IMG/VR virus record: IMGVR_UViG_3300014039_000013
Location: 64,001 to 128,000 of that record
Length of the DNA: 64,000 nt
Strand: one strand, 5' to 3'
Source of the DNA: a virus
Taxonomy: Duplodnaviria > Caudoviricetes
The notes under the pieces were generated by a model that saw only the letters and a program-made list of their open reading frames with translations, ran no database searches and was not told where the DNA came from. The translations under genes were made by a program, and so were the position numbers. Position 1 is the stretch's first letter; the number at the start of each line of letters is the position of its first letter. Of the stretch, positions 1 through 11,400 are shown piece after piece.

Positions 1-27
1 ATAAATCTCCTCTATTGTTAATGATTT

Positions 28-786
28 TTATTCTATTTTCCAAAAATAACCCATATACATTTTACGTTTCCCTTTTATCACCTAATTAATTTTTCCTTTA
101 TTCGGAATTTCTAAAAAATCATACGCCTCTTTCATAGAATTAAATATGTGTTTTTCAGTACTATTATAAGCAATTAGATGATCAAATTTTATGCGTCCGA
201 ATTTTTTAGGATCAGGGGTGATTTTATCTAACTTTTCATATCTCCAAATAAAAGACGCACATGTTCTTCTCTTATTTTTGCAACATTCTGAAATATGACA
301 GGCGTTATCTAAAGAAATATTTAATGCTTTACAAGCTTCTCTAATACATTCATATTCTTGAATAAATTCTCCAGTATCCTTATTATACTAATATACTTTT
401 ACAGATTTATTATTATTAACACTGTAACGTACTGGAGGATTTTCTCCACCTTCTGTAATATTTGTTAATACATCACCTAGATTCTATTTAATCCAAGAAA
501 TTATATAAATTTCATTATTCAACGCATCTGATTCACTAGAATTTGTATTTAAAATTACAAATTTAGGAAAATAACCTCCCTATTTTAGTTTTAATAATAA
601 ATTCTTTTTATGTGGATTAGAATCACACCTAATATTACCTGAGCGATAGTGATCTGTACATCTAGTTCCAGAACCCTTACCTACATAAAATGGAAGGTAT
701 TCAAATTTAATAGAATTAAATTCCCAAGTAAAAGGCTTTCTTGGATCTAATAATATATAATTATAATATTTATTTTCCTGCTACAT
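28..786 (-). CDS. Free-standing GIY-YIG homing endonuclease with NUMOD1 domain, TAG-recoded (252 aa, 5 in-frame TAG)
   Basis: Manual translation: M*QENKYYNYILLDPRK...FYVGKGSGTR...LTNITEGG...KVY*YNKDTGEFIQEY...ISECCKNKRRTCASFIWRY. Open to TAA at 28-30 if TAG is sense; absent from the ORF track. Confidence 0.85.
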
Positions 787-2444
787 AATTCCCATTTTCA
801 TCCAAGTTAGTACTTCCAAATCCACCCGTACCTCGCTCTGAATCAGAAAGTGTTTCTACCTCGTTCCAATCAATATGAAATACAGGCATTAGAACTGCTT
901 GTGCAACACGTTCCCCATCTTCAAGCCATACAGTTTCCTGGCCTTGATTCACTACAGGCAAACCCCACTCATTTCTATAACCCATTTTGTAATTTACTCA
1001 GAACTCTTTATTTCTGACTCTAAAATTTCTTCTATAGATTTATTATATCCATCTATTGTTATATTTTTAGTTTGGACTATATAATCATTAATAATATTAC
1101 ATATATTATTAAGCAAGGCACTCGTGTCAGTATTACTTTCCTCAGCTTTACCTGTTCGGAATCGACTGTTAGTCTCTGAACTTTCAAAAATATTACTATT
1201 TAAGCTTAGCTGCTGATTGTCCACTTTTGGAGTTTCCAGCAATTCACCTTGTTTAAGGACGCCAATTATATTATGAATGGAGATTTCTGCAATTTGTAAT
1301 AAATTATTATGTATTGTTTTATGTTGTTTTCTTGTTAATGGAATAAAATTTGAAAGAGCATTATTCGAATGATTTCCATCTATATGATGCACGTTTATAT
1401 TATATTTAGGATTGAATTTTACAATCTTATTTTCTTCTTCGAAAAATACATTATTAAATTTTTTATGATTCCGAAGAACATTAAGCCTGTGTTGTGTAAT
1501 TCTCCCATCTTTGTTAGAATCTGGATATTCTGGAGCGTATACAAACATATCTTCAACATGATTATTCTTCTTTGGTAATGCTCTGTCTTTAAAAGATGCA
1601 TTTATTTTTCCTTTTAATCCATATTGATGATTATTTTTTCCAATAAATGTTGTTTCTTTTAGTTTAGAAGCGCATTCTTTACTACAACAAGGTGTTGATT
1701 TTATACGATTGTAAGAATAGGGTTTTAACTTAAATTCTTTACCACAAATTGGACAGATACAACTAATTTTTTGAGAATATCGTTCACTATTATATTTAGC
1801 AAGACATACTACAGAACAACAATGATAATTCTTAGCTCTACATGGAAGTACATATTCTTCTTTACCACAAGTAGCGCAAACAACTTTAATTCTTTCAACT
1901 TTTGTACCAATCTTTTTCCCTTTTCTTCCTAAATTTGAACATTCCTTACAGCAATATTTTCTTTTACTACTTTGTTTTGCTTCAAATTCTTTTCCACAAT
2001 ATTCACAAATAAATTTTGCCATTAATTATTAATTTTATATTTAACATACTATAAATATAAAATTAAATTAGTAAATTTACACGGAACTATTAATAATTAA
2101 CAAATTTTAGCGTCCACCGTGCCTACACAGTTAATCAAATTTAGACCATTTTTGATACTCAAACCACTTCTTGGACGTAGCTCAACCTGCCATCCTTCGG
2201 GGATAGCTGTAAATATACCAGTAGGAAGAATAGCTCTAGCACCTGGTTCAAGACGAATCATTGTTTTAGAATGAGCTTCACCTGCAAATATAACTTCGGC
2301 ATCACCAAATACTTTAATAGGATTTTCTGGAGTTGTTCTACTAAAATCAATACGAATATCACATCCAGCATCTCCTTTTGTAGCATAATTAGGAAGTTTA
2401 TTTTCAGATTTGTTAATCACATTTACAGTTATTTTCTTTTCCAT
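770..2444 (-). CDS. dut: dUTPase, split by a group I intron (exons 2109-2444 and 770-982; 182 aa)
   Basis: Motifs AGCD, RPRSGL, GTVDA|GYRNEW, ERVAQ and RGTGGFGST. The exons join in frame across motif III. Confidence 0.93.
983..2108 (-). mobile_element. Group I intron in dut carrying an HNH ORF
   Basis: 5' exon ends in U (GCT) and intron ends in G (ATG). The ORF C-terminus (QGELLETP..NQQLS..SSET..YIVQT) reads through typical group I core sequence. Confidence 0.85.
994..2022 (-). CDS. Intron-encoded Zn-finger HNH homing endonuclease
   Basis: Three CxxC...CCSxxC repeats and VHHIDGNHSNNALSN..H...H. Confidence 0.85.
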   Translation of the reverse strand: MAKFICEYCGKEFEAKQSSKRKYCCKECSNLGRKGKKIGTKVERIKVVCATCGKEEYVLPCRAKNYHCCSVVCLAKYNSERYSQKISCICPICGKEFKLKPYSYNRIKSTPCCSKECASKLKETTFIGKNNHQYGLKGKINASFKDRALPKKNNHVEDMFVYAPEYPDSNKDGRITQHRLNVLRNHKKFNNVFFEEENKIVKFNPKYNINVHHIDGNHSNNALSNFIPLTRKQHKTIHNNLLQIAEISIHNIIGVLKQGELLETPKVDNQQLSLNSNIFESSETNSRFRTGKAEESNTDTSALLNNICNIINDYIVQTKNITIDGYNKSIEEILESEIKSSE

Positions 2445-2700
2445 AGTTTTTAAGTAGATTATTTAAAGAATTAATTACGTTTTCAGCTTCTGAATAAAAA
2501 GCTTTAATAATTTTATTATCTTTATTTGTTATTACAATAAATGGATCTAATTTAGCACTACAATAATTTTTTATTTTCCATGCTTTTTTCTTTGTTTTTT
2601 TAGATTGTATATCTAAAAAATTAACTTTATAATTCTCTAAAATCTCAGAATTAATTTGTTTAATTTGAGATTCATCATTATAAATAATTGTAATTTCCAT
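2413..2700 (-). CDS. Hypothetical protein
   Basis: 95-aa ORF overlapping the dut start, in operon orientation. Confidence 0.6.
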   Translation of the reverse strand: MEITIIYNDESQIKQINSEILENYKVNFLDIQSKKTKKKAWKIKNYCSAKLDPFIVITNKDNKIIKAFYSEAENVINSLNNLLKNYGKENNCKCD

Positions 2701-2751
2701 TATCCTACTAATTCATAAATAGGAAGAGTTGAATTAACTACCCAATCAAAT

Positions 2752-4092
2752 TTATTGATAAATATATACATTGTGTCTTGCACGTGATAAAGCTACATAC
2801 TGAAGTTGTCGTTTCATTTCAGAATCATAGCAGGTATTAATATCTTTCATATCTACATAAATATTATTCAAAGTACTTCCTTGTAATTTATGCACTGTAA
2901 CTGCATAACCTTTATTAAAAGATTTACCTCGAATTAATCTATTATCATAGTATAAATCTCTAGAAGATGCAAAACTATTTATTGTATTAAAATATTGTTT
3001 CCATCTTTTAGATTTCTGATAATTAGTTTTTGACTCTAAAGCAAAAATTCTTAATGATTCAATTGTATAAGCTAATGCAATATATTCATTATCGTTTAAT
3101 GTATTAGAAATTATATTTATATTTCCATATTCTTTTGTTCCAGTATCAAATAAAGTTAATTTGAATCCTGGAAGAGTATGATAATTAGGAATATTAATAT
3201 CTATTGATGTAACATTTTTAATAATATAATCCATAGAATTATAATATTGAAAATTATTAAACAATAGATTTTCATTTCCCATTAGAATTTCTAATTTATG
3301 ATATTCTTCAGAATCATTAAATATAGCCTTAGTTAAATATTCATTATAATTGTTAACTCTGCTATTTTTAAATGCTGTTATTTTAGCTTCAAAAATATCT
3401 TCATTTTTTATAGCATTATAAATTCCATTTTTACAAAGATTAAAAAATGATTTAAAATCAGACTCACAGAGAAGACTTCCGTCTTCACCAATAGAAGTAT
3501 TAAACTTATTTATAGGATGCTCTCTGAGAATCTGTAAAGTATCTAAAATGGCATTTTTTTCTGATTGTCTAAAGATTTTTGTAAGAACAATTTGATTTTT
3601 TAAAGTATAAACTTTACTTTTATTTTCTGATTTTACAGGAGCGAGTTGTTTAGAATCTGATACAAAAAGCATTTTTGTATTAAGTTCTTCACATTTTTGT
3701 TTTAATAAATCAAACAAATCATCATTAATCATTGAACCTTCATCACAAATCACAATTCCATTTTTTGGAATTTCTTTTGAACTTTTAGATTGAAATATTA
3801 AGTCATTAAAATCTAATTCAAAAATATCTAATTTAGGAGAAAGAGACAATAATTTATGTAATGTCATTGCTTCTCTGTGTGTATAATGCTCAAGTACTGT
3901 TTTGGCTTTATGAGTTGGCGCACATAAACAATATTTAATATGCTCTGATTCTAAATATTGAATAATATATGAAATTAATAAACTTTTTCCACTTCCTCCA
4001 GCCCCACAAAGACTAATAGCAAAATCTTTATTTTTTAAAAATAATTTAATTTGCTCTAAAGCATTTACTTGTTCATCACTTAACTTTATCAT
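2752..4092 (-). CDS. Dda/RecD-like SF1B DNA helicase
   Basis: GAGGSGKS, APTHKA, DEGSM, QLAPV, FRQ, YAVTVHKLQGST, YVALSRAR. Confidence 0.9.
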   Translation of the reverse strand: MIKLSDEQVNALEQIKLFLKNKDFAISLCGAGGSGKSLLISYIIQYLESEHIKYCLCAPTHKAKTVLEHYTHREAMTLHKLLSLSPKLDIFELDFNDLIFQSKSSKEIPKNGIVICDEGSMINDDLFDLLKQKCEELNTKMLFVSDSKQLAPVKSENKSKVYTLKNQIVLTKIFRQSEKNAILDTLQILREHPINKFNTSIGEDGSLLCESDFKSFFNLCKNGIYNAIKNEDIFEAKITAFKNSRVNNYNEYLTKAIFNDSEEYHKLEILMGNENLLFNNFQYYNSMDYIIKNVTSIDINIPNYHTLPGFKLTLFDTGTKEYGNINIISNTLNDNEYIALAYTIESLRIFALESKTNYQKSKRWKQYFNTINSFASSRDLYYDNRLIRGKSFNKGYAVTVHKLQGSTLNNIYVDMKDINTCYDSEMKRQLQYVALSRARHNVYIYQ

Positions 4093-4451
4093 AAATTGGT
4101 TTCCAAATATTTACATGTATTCTTTTATGATTTGGGTCTATAAGCCAATCTATTGTATTTAAATCAAATCCTTGACTTTTAATATATTCTTCTATTTCTT
4201 GTTTGCTTTCAAGATTAGGTGCTGTTTTAATAATATCTACACACAAATCTTTATGATTAAGAATTGCTATTTCCATATTGTGTTGAATTTCTAAAATTAA
4301 TATTTAACTCTTGATCTTCTACTATCATATAATAACATTCATTCTCGTTATAATGTTGATGAAACCAATCTTCTTCTGAAACATTAGTTTCTTTAAAATC
4401 AATTATATCAACACTACAATCTTCGTAGTTTAATACTATAATCTTAGTCAT
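4076..4451 (-). CDS. Two tandem paralogous small hypothetical proteins (4257-4451 and 4076-4276)
   Basis: IIVLNYEDCSVDII versus IAILNHKDLCVDII. Confidence 0.6.
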
Positions 4452-4609
4452 TTGTAAACCCTTTAATTGATGTTTTATTAGTATTTTTTTCTTCTCCTAA
4501 TTCCTCTCTAACTTTGACATTAGTTGTATATCTAATATCTTGATAGATGGGTTTATTAAAAAGATAATGAGTTATATTACATATTGCTTTTCCTTTTTCA
4601 AAGTACTCT

Positions 4610-5155
4610 TTACCTTCCCTTTTGTAAATCATAAAGTATTACTGTGTTATTATTAATAGACTTCTTCACATCAATAATTCTTTGATTTGAACTACCTCTC
4701 CAATAAAGATTTAAATCCTTTCGTTCTTCTATAAATTTACCATCAATGAGTACATCTATATAATTAAGAACCTCGGGTTCATTTTTTAATATATCTTCAT
4801 AAAGATATCCAGTCCATAACCATACTGGTTTGTTAGAAGCCTTACACATTTTCAATAATATTCTAACATTAGAAATACTATCTGCTATATAATCACTATC
4901 GAAGTTTAAATCATCCTTCATTATCCAATATAAAGGATCACCTCCTAATATAGAGATACCATCAATTTTTGGATTATCCACACATCTCTGAATTTTATCA
5001 GCAACGTCTATAAAATTAACTCCTGCTAATGGATTCCAAGTCTGAGGAGACCAGCATCCTTTACAACGGTTATTACATCCTGCTAACCAGATACTGCATC
5101 TAATTCCAGGGCCATTAACAACATCATATTGTTGATACTTTAGTATTTTAAGCAT
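4610..5155 (-). CDS. nrdG: Anaerobic ribonucleotide reductase activase (radical SAM)
   Basis: DVVNGPGIR, CNNRCKGC, GGDP, DVLIDGKF, RGSSNQR; adjacent to nrdD. Confidence 0.95.
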   Translation of the reverse strand: MLKILKYQQYDVVNGPGIRCSIWLAGCNNRCKGCWSPQTWNPLAGVNFIDVADKIQRCVDNPKIDGISILGGDPLYWIMKDDLNFDSDYIADSISNVRILLKMCKASNKPVWLWTGYLYEDILKNEPEVLNYIDVLIDGKFIEERKDLNLYWRGSSNQRIIDVKKSINNNTVILYDLQKGR

Positions 5156-5447
5156 TATTTAATATATTTTTGATTATATTAAGATTTTCATTTGATAATG
5201 GATTTAATTCTAATTGTTCAGTTATTTCATTATACTGATCTAGAAAATCACAATATCTTGGATCATATCCTTCAATATTGCTTTCAAAGACATTTTCACT
5301 AAACATATTATTTTCAATATAATTAATTATATCTGATAAAGTAAAATACCCATCATGTCTAGCTTCATTAATTATATCTTTTAATAATTTAGGCATATTA
5401 AATGTTACCTCGGTTGGTAAATTTAATAATATAGTAATATTATCCAT
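5148..5447 (-). CDS. Hypothetical protein
   Basis: 99-aa ORF between nrdD and nrdG. Confidence 0.55.
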   Translation of the reverse strand: MDNITILLNLPTEVTFNMPKLLKDIINEARHDGYFTLSDIINYIENNMFSENVFESNIEGYDPRYCDFLDQYNEITEQLELNPLSNENLNIIKNILNNA

Positions 5448-5454
5448 AAGTATA

Positions 5455-5484
5455 TAAAAATAGCCAGATTTTACTCTGGCTATT
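5455..5484 (-). terminator. Intrinsic terminator after nrdD
   Basis: ATAGCCAGA-TTTTAC-TCTGGCTAT hairpin with a T-run on the minus strand. Confidence 0.65.
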
Positions 5485-5490
5485 ATTTTA

Positions 5491-8400
5491 TTAAAAATGT
5501 TTTACGCGATTATTTATGTCTGCTATTCTTCCTTTAGAAATACCATTAGTTAGAATACCAATATCATTTATACCCCACCTTTCAGTGTATTTATTTTATT
5601 ATTAAAATAAATTTCTATATTATTTTTTTCTATATCCGAAAGCTTACTAATTTCAGATTGAATTACTTTGTCATTTTCTTTAAATCTAAATTCTTTTTGA
5701 AAATAAACTTCACATAAATAACGTAAATATACAGCTTCTTCTTTTTTATTAAATTGCTTAAAGTAATATCTTACATTTTTATATCTAAAGTCTATTTTCC
5801 ATTTAGAATTAGATTTAATTTGAATAACTCCTCGAAATCCTGATTTATTATTTTTACATTTATCCATATTTAACTGGTTGTCTTCTTTATTTATAATACG
5901 TAAATTAGATTTACGATTATCTAAAGAATTTCCATTAATGTGATCTATTTCTTTATTTACAGGATTTCCCATTATCAATCTATGAAAATATTCTTTTTGT
6001 GATATTTGATTACCTGTAACCAGATATGGTTTTTCACCATTATCTTTTAATATGGTTCTCCATTTAAATTTTTTAGCTTCTTCTAAATTATCTTTATCAA
6101 ATATATATGTAAATAATACATTTCCGTGTTGGTCATATGTATCTATTTCACAATAATTGTCTAATACTCGTATTTCATTTGGATCAAATACACCTCTTGA
6201 ATTTGTGTCTAAATTATGTCCAAATTTTATAAACTGATGCATATGTTTTTTTACATAAAAACATATTAAATTTTTTACTGTAATTGACAATTTTTTCATC
6301 TGAAGATATTCCACAAATATCACAAAATTTAGTAGTTTTTCGCATATAAATATAGTTTAAATTAGTAATAAGGGATTAGACTATACCTTCATCTAAATTA
6401 GATGCGCCTTGGTAGTCGTTGAGAGCTTCCCAGTAACTATATAAATATACGTATATAATTTGGGATTCCAAAATTATATTAACATTTAGTTAATAGGCTA
6501 TCTCTGCTGATTGTCCAATTTTCTTAATTTTTTAACATTCAAGCTTATTCTTTACAAATTACTTTGTAGTTTAAGAAACTTTAGGAGTTTCCAGCATATT
6601 CAGCGTTTTCTATATATATCACTATATAAAGGGGCATATTAGTTTACCCGCATAACCTGCGTTCTGCATACAATTTATGTCTATCGGTCTCTCCACAATT
6701 AGGACAACTAAGATTACCTTGATTATCCATATGAATTTCTCCTTCATAGCCACAAGTATAACATACATCGCACGAAGTGGTATTTAACTCACAGTACATC
6801 ATATTATCATAAATACATTTCATAATATTTAGTACTGCTTCTGGGTTTTTACGTATATCTGGCATTTCGCAATAACTTATACACAATTTTTACTTTTTAA
6901 TTTATTAACTACATACTCTTTTATAGATAAAAACTGAGATTTTTTAATTTTATTTTTAATAATTTTTTCTTTTTTCTTTTGTTCAGAAGTATTTTGAAAC
7001 TCTTTAAATAATATTTTCTCAGCAATATATCTAGCACATACAGCTTCTTCTATTGTATACCATCTACATAAATGTATTCTACTTTTACCAAATCGAATTT
7101 CTGCTGCCCATTGATTTCTTGATTTATCTAAATATACACCAATGTAATTAGAAGTATTATTAGACATAAATGTCTTATTGCAAACATTTTCAAATTGTTT
7201 ACAAATACGTAGATTAGACCTACAATTATTTAAAGGATTACTATCAATATGGTCAACAACCTCATCATCTTTCGGATTTAATAATATTCTGTGAAGCCAT
7301 GTTGTTGGATTTGTTTTTGTACAATTTCCTGTAACAATGTATCCTTTTGAACTTAGTCTCCATTTTTTATATTTAATTAAATCTATATCAGATTTATCTA
7401 TTATAAATTCTGTAACCTTTTCATTTCTTTGATTATATACATTAAATATTGCAATATCATTTTTAATAATATAATCATTAAAATCATTAGTTGTTCTAGG
7501 ATTATTGTCTAGAGGTTTACCATATTTATGTATTTGATGCATATGTTTAGAGCATACATCTTTATATCCTTTTAAAGTATATACTTTTGTATTTTTTCTA
7601 TTACATATACTACATGTGCCTATTTTTATTGTATGTGACATAAATTAAAAATTAAAATTAGACTATATCTTCTTAGTAGCGGAATCCGCCTTTTAAGCTG
7701 TGCGCTTGGAATAGGTAATCACTTCCTATCCTACAGGGTTACACTCATCACCCTTAGTCGTTACACCTTCAAGAATTAAAAAATTCAAGCTTGGCACGGT
7801 ATTATCAAAAAGACTTCACCGTTAGCTATTTATAAAAATAACACCCTTGATTAAAAGTTCACACAGTTTTAGGAAGCTGTATTACCAACCTCCTGATGAA
7901 TATTCTTGAAAAGGAGCTTCAAATTCTATCTTTGAATACCCATCAATCTTATATTCTACAGGTATATGATAGCTATTAGTTATATAATCTCTATCATTAA
8001 CATGTTTTTCTATAGGAAATTGTTTTAAAGCATTAGCAAATTTAGTAACAGTGGCTTCTGCAGGAGTACCATATAAAGATAATGCTAAATGATACTTTTC
8101 TTTATTTAAATTAGTTCTATCATACATATGTTTTAATATATCAAGACCTAATTGTTGTCCTTCTTTAGTGCCGTACTCTTTACCAAAATGATAAACACAT
8201 TCTGCAATACCCATATAACCTATAGATGCAGAACAATATTCATCTTTAATAGCTTCACCTATTTTACTTCCTACAGGTAATCTTGCAAAAGCCCCATAAT
8301 TCCAAAGTATAGGAGCTACATCTGTATTTACATTAGATATTTGATTAAATATCTTATTTTGTTCAGAGGAAATCTTATCAATTATATCATCTAACTTATT

Positions 8401-11400
8401 TAAAAAATCATTATAATCTTTTGATTCTAATGCTAGATAAGGTAAATTGATAGAAATTACACCAATGTTTACAATCGATCTCTTATTACTAAGAGGATTA
8501 GACTATCTCTTCATTGTTATTTTCAACAATGCTGTGCACTTCGGATAGTGATAAATTCTATCCTACTGGCTTACACTCATCAGCCATAGTCGTTACACTT
8601 CTAAAATGTTCTAAATTTTTAATATTACCATAATCCAGAACTTCATATCTTTTATTAAACCATTGTCTAATAAACCAACGTTTAATAGAACCATTTTTAG
8701 AAGAATGTCCATCGTATTCAATAAATTTAGATAAAGGGCAAAAAGTTAGCACTGCGTTATTATTTTCTTTATCTTTAACAGTAATATACTTTATACTGCT
8801 TATTTTATGACCATTATTATAACAATCTTTTATATTATCTTTTTGATCACCTATGTGTAAATTTTCAACTCTATTATCTAAAGAGTTATCATTAATATGG
8901 TTAACTTGTTCTCCTTCTTTTAATGGCCTCATCCATACTTCTGCAATAATTCTATGCAATGCAATATGTTGTTGTTTATGTGTAGTTTTATTAAGAATGT
9001 CTATATATTTATACATTTTATTTCTTGTTTTTCTACACATTGGTTTTAATAAAGTTTTTGAATAAACAGAATATACATCACCTAATTTATTTACATAATA
9101 CCAAGTGTCTCTAAACTATTTAAATTCTTGTTCATTAATAATTATAGTATTCATACTCAAAAATATTTTTGTAGTTTATAATTTTAAAAGCACGGTATTG
9201 ACCCATATAGGTTTTCACCGTTAGCAAGCAATTAAGCTCACACCGTTTTTTCTTACGTTCACACAGTTTAATGACGGCTAAACGATTTGGTCAACCGTCC
9301 CCAGAATTTATACTTACCATCTTTATCTTTCCAAGGATGAAGGAAACTTCTGCACATTTAATCATTTGTCGCCAAATGAACTGACTATATATTCTACATT
9401 TATGATGTAGTCTCCTGTTTCGAGTTTGTGCTTATCTCAAACTCTACTGGCTTACACTCATCAGCCATAGTCGATACACATTTAGGAATATTTTATTCCA
9501 TTTAGCACGGTCTCATCTTATTTAAAAGACCTAACCGTTAGCCCTTAAAGGACACCTCTAAGCGAGTTAAGGAGATTTTACATGGGCTACATATTTCACT
9601 TACCCATGCTTGGAAAGACATTTCCTTCTTTATATTTCTTCATAATCTTAGCTGAAATATAATCAGGAACCATTCTTTTGCATGTACATTCTGCTGCCAA
9701 CTTAGTTACATCATAGTATTTAGTTCCAGGATTTATATTATCTTCATCAAGAACATAGATGAGTTTCAATTTGTTAATCAATATGTTTCCATATTGTTCA
9801 GACTATCTCTTCAATGTGTGGCGCTTCGTAATTAGGGGTTTCACCTAAAAACTACTTCCGTTTCAGGAATAGTCGTTACACTTCTTCTTTATATTTCCAA
9901 ATATATCCGTATGCTGATTTTGCTTTTCCATTACAACAAGCACTTATATTACTGTTTGCTTTTGGATTGCTTGTTAAATCTTTCGTTATAAGCCATTTTG
10001 TAGCTTCGGTCATACTTTTAAATTCTTGTAGGAATTTATTACTTAAATCATACTGTTGTATAGCTTTCCATAAATGAAGTTTTGGTTTTTTAAATTGAGC
10101 CATCATGTTATCACTTACTTTTCTATCATTAAATGACCACTCGTATTGAATATTATATGATGTAGTACACCATTCTAGATTTTTTACATCATTATTTAAC
10201 GGATTACTATCTTTACGATTTATTACTTCATAATTATTTGGATTAGGAATAAAAGCAAAAGCCACAAGTCTATGAACTAAAAATTTGCGAGTTTTATTAT
10301 TAATTCTTAAATCTACACATTCATAACCTTTATTGTTTATATAAGATTTTAAGATTTTTTCTTTTATTTTATAATATCTATCATGTCCAGTATCATAAAC
10401 TAATCTTGATAAAGATTTAATTTTACCTGATTTACTCACAGCATAATTTTCAGTTATTCCAGTTAAAACTTTAAACTTTTCTTCCATATATAAATATTTA
10501 GCACGGTATTATCAGCTATCTATATTATAGACCTTAGATTCTCTTAGTCAGTATATTCGTGAATTATTTATTTTCCCTTATTTCCACTGATACCGTTAGC
10601 ATTAATTAATTAACACACCCTGTATTTACAGGTTCACCACATTTTACTTCCCCAAACAGTTTTAGGGAAGGCTGGATTAATGATATTTCCATTAGGACCC
10701 TTCATTCCTTTAATCCTTTGATTAAATATTTCTTTTATAAGAGCTACATTCTCTTTAGCATAATTATCATTCTCATGTATATAACAGAATACAGAGCAAA
10801 ATGGGCTTTGCACGCCCTCTATATGTTACCATATAGTTTAGACTATCTCTTCACCCTCATCATTACATGTTAGGGGTAAGGCGCTTCGTAATTAGGGGTT
10901 TCACCTAAAAACTACTTCCGTTTCAGGAATAGTCGTTACACTTTCTCTATTATTTATAGAGCTTAGCACGGTATTAACTACATATTTATATTTTTCTAAT
11001 ATATTATCATATATTTTTGGAGCTTTTATATATTGAATAATATGTTTTTCTCCATATCTAAATTTATGATTAAACAAAGAATCTTTTTCTTCTACAACAT
11101 GTACGAATACTTTCTAATTTAAATCTAGTTAACCTCGAAGCTGATTCAAGATCTTTATATTTCTTATTTTCAGTAAAATCAAGTATATAGTTTACATTTC
11201 GTTCACTTATAGGAAGGTTTACAATAACAGGTTTATCGTTTTCTAAATATCTATATATGTTTATAAGCAGAGTGTCTATCTCCTCTTGCTGATGCGCATA
11301 TTTTTGTTACTCCTGATGCACCTAATCCTAAATGAATACTGGCTTCTGTAGCACTATCAAATATTTCTCCAGTTGTTATGTCAATAATAGGTTTAGAAGA

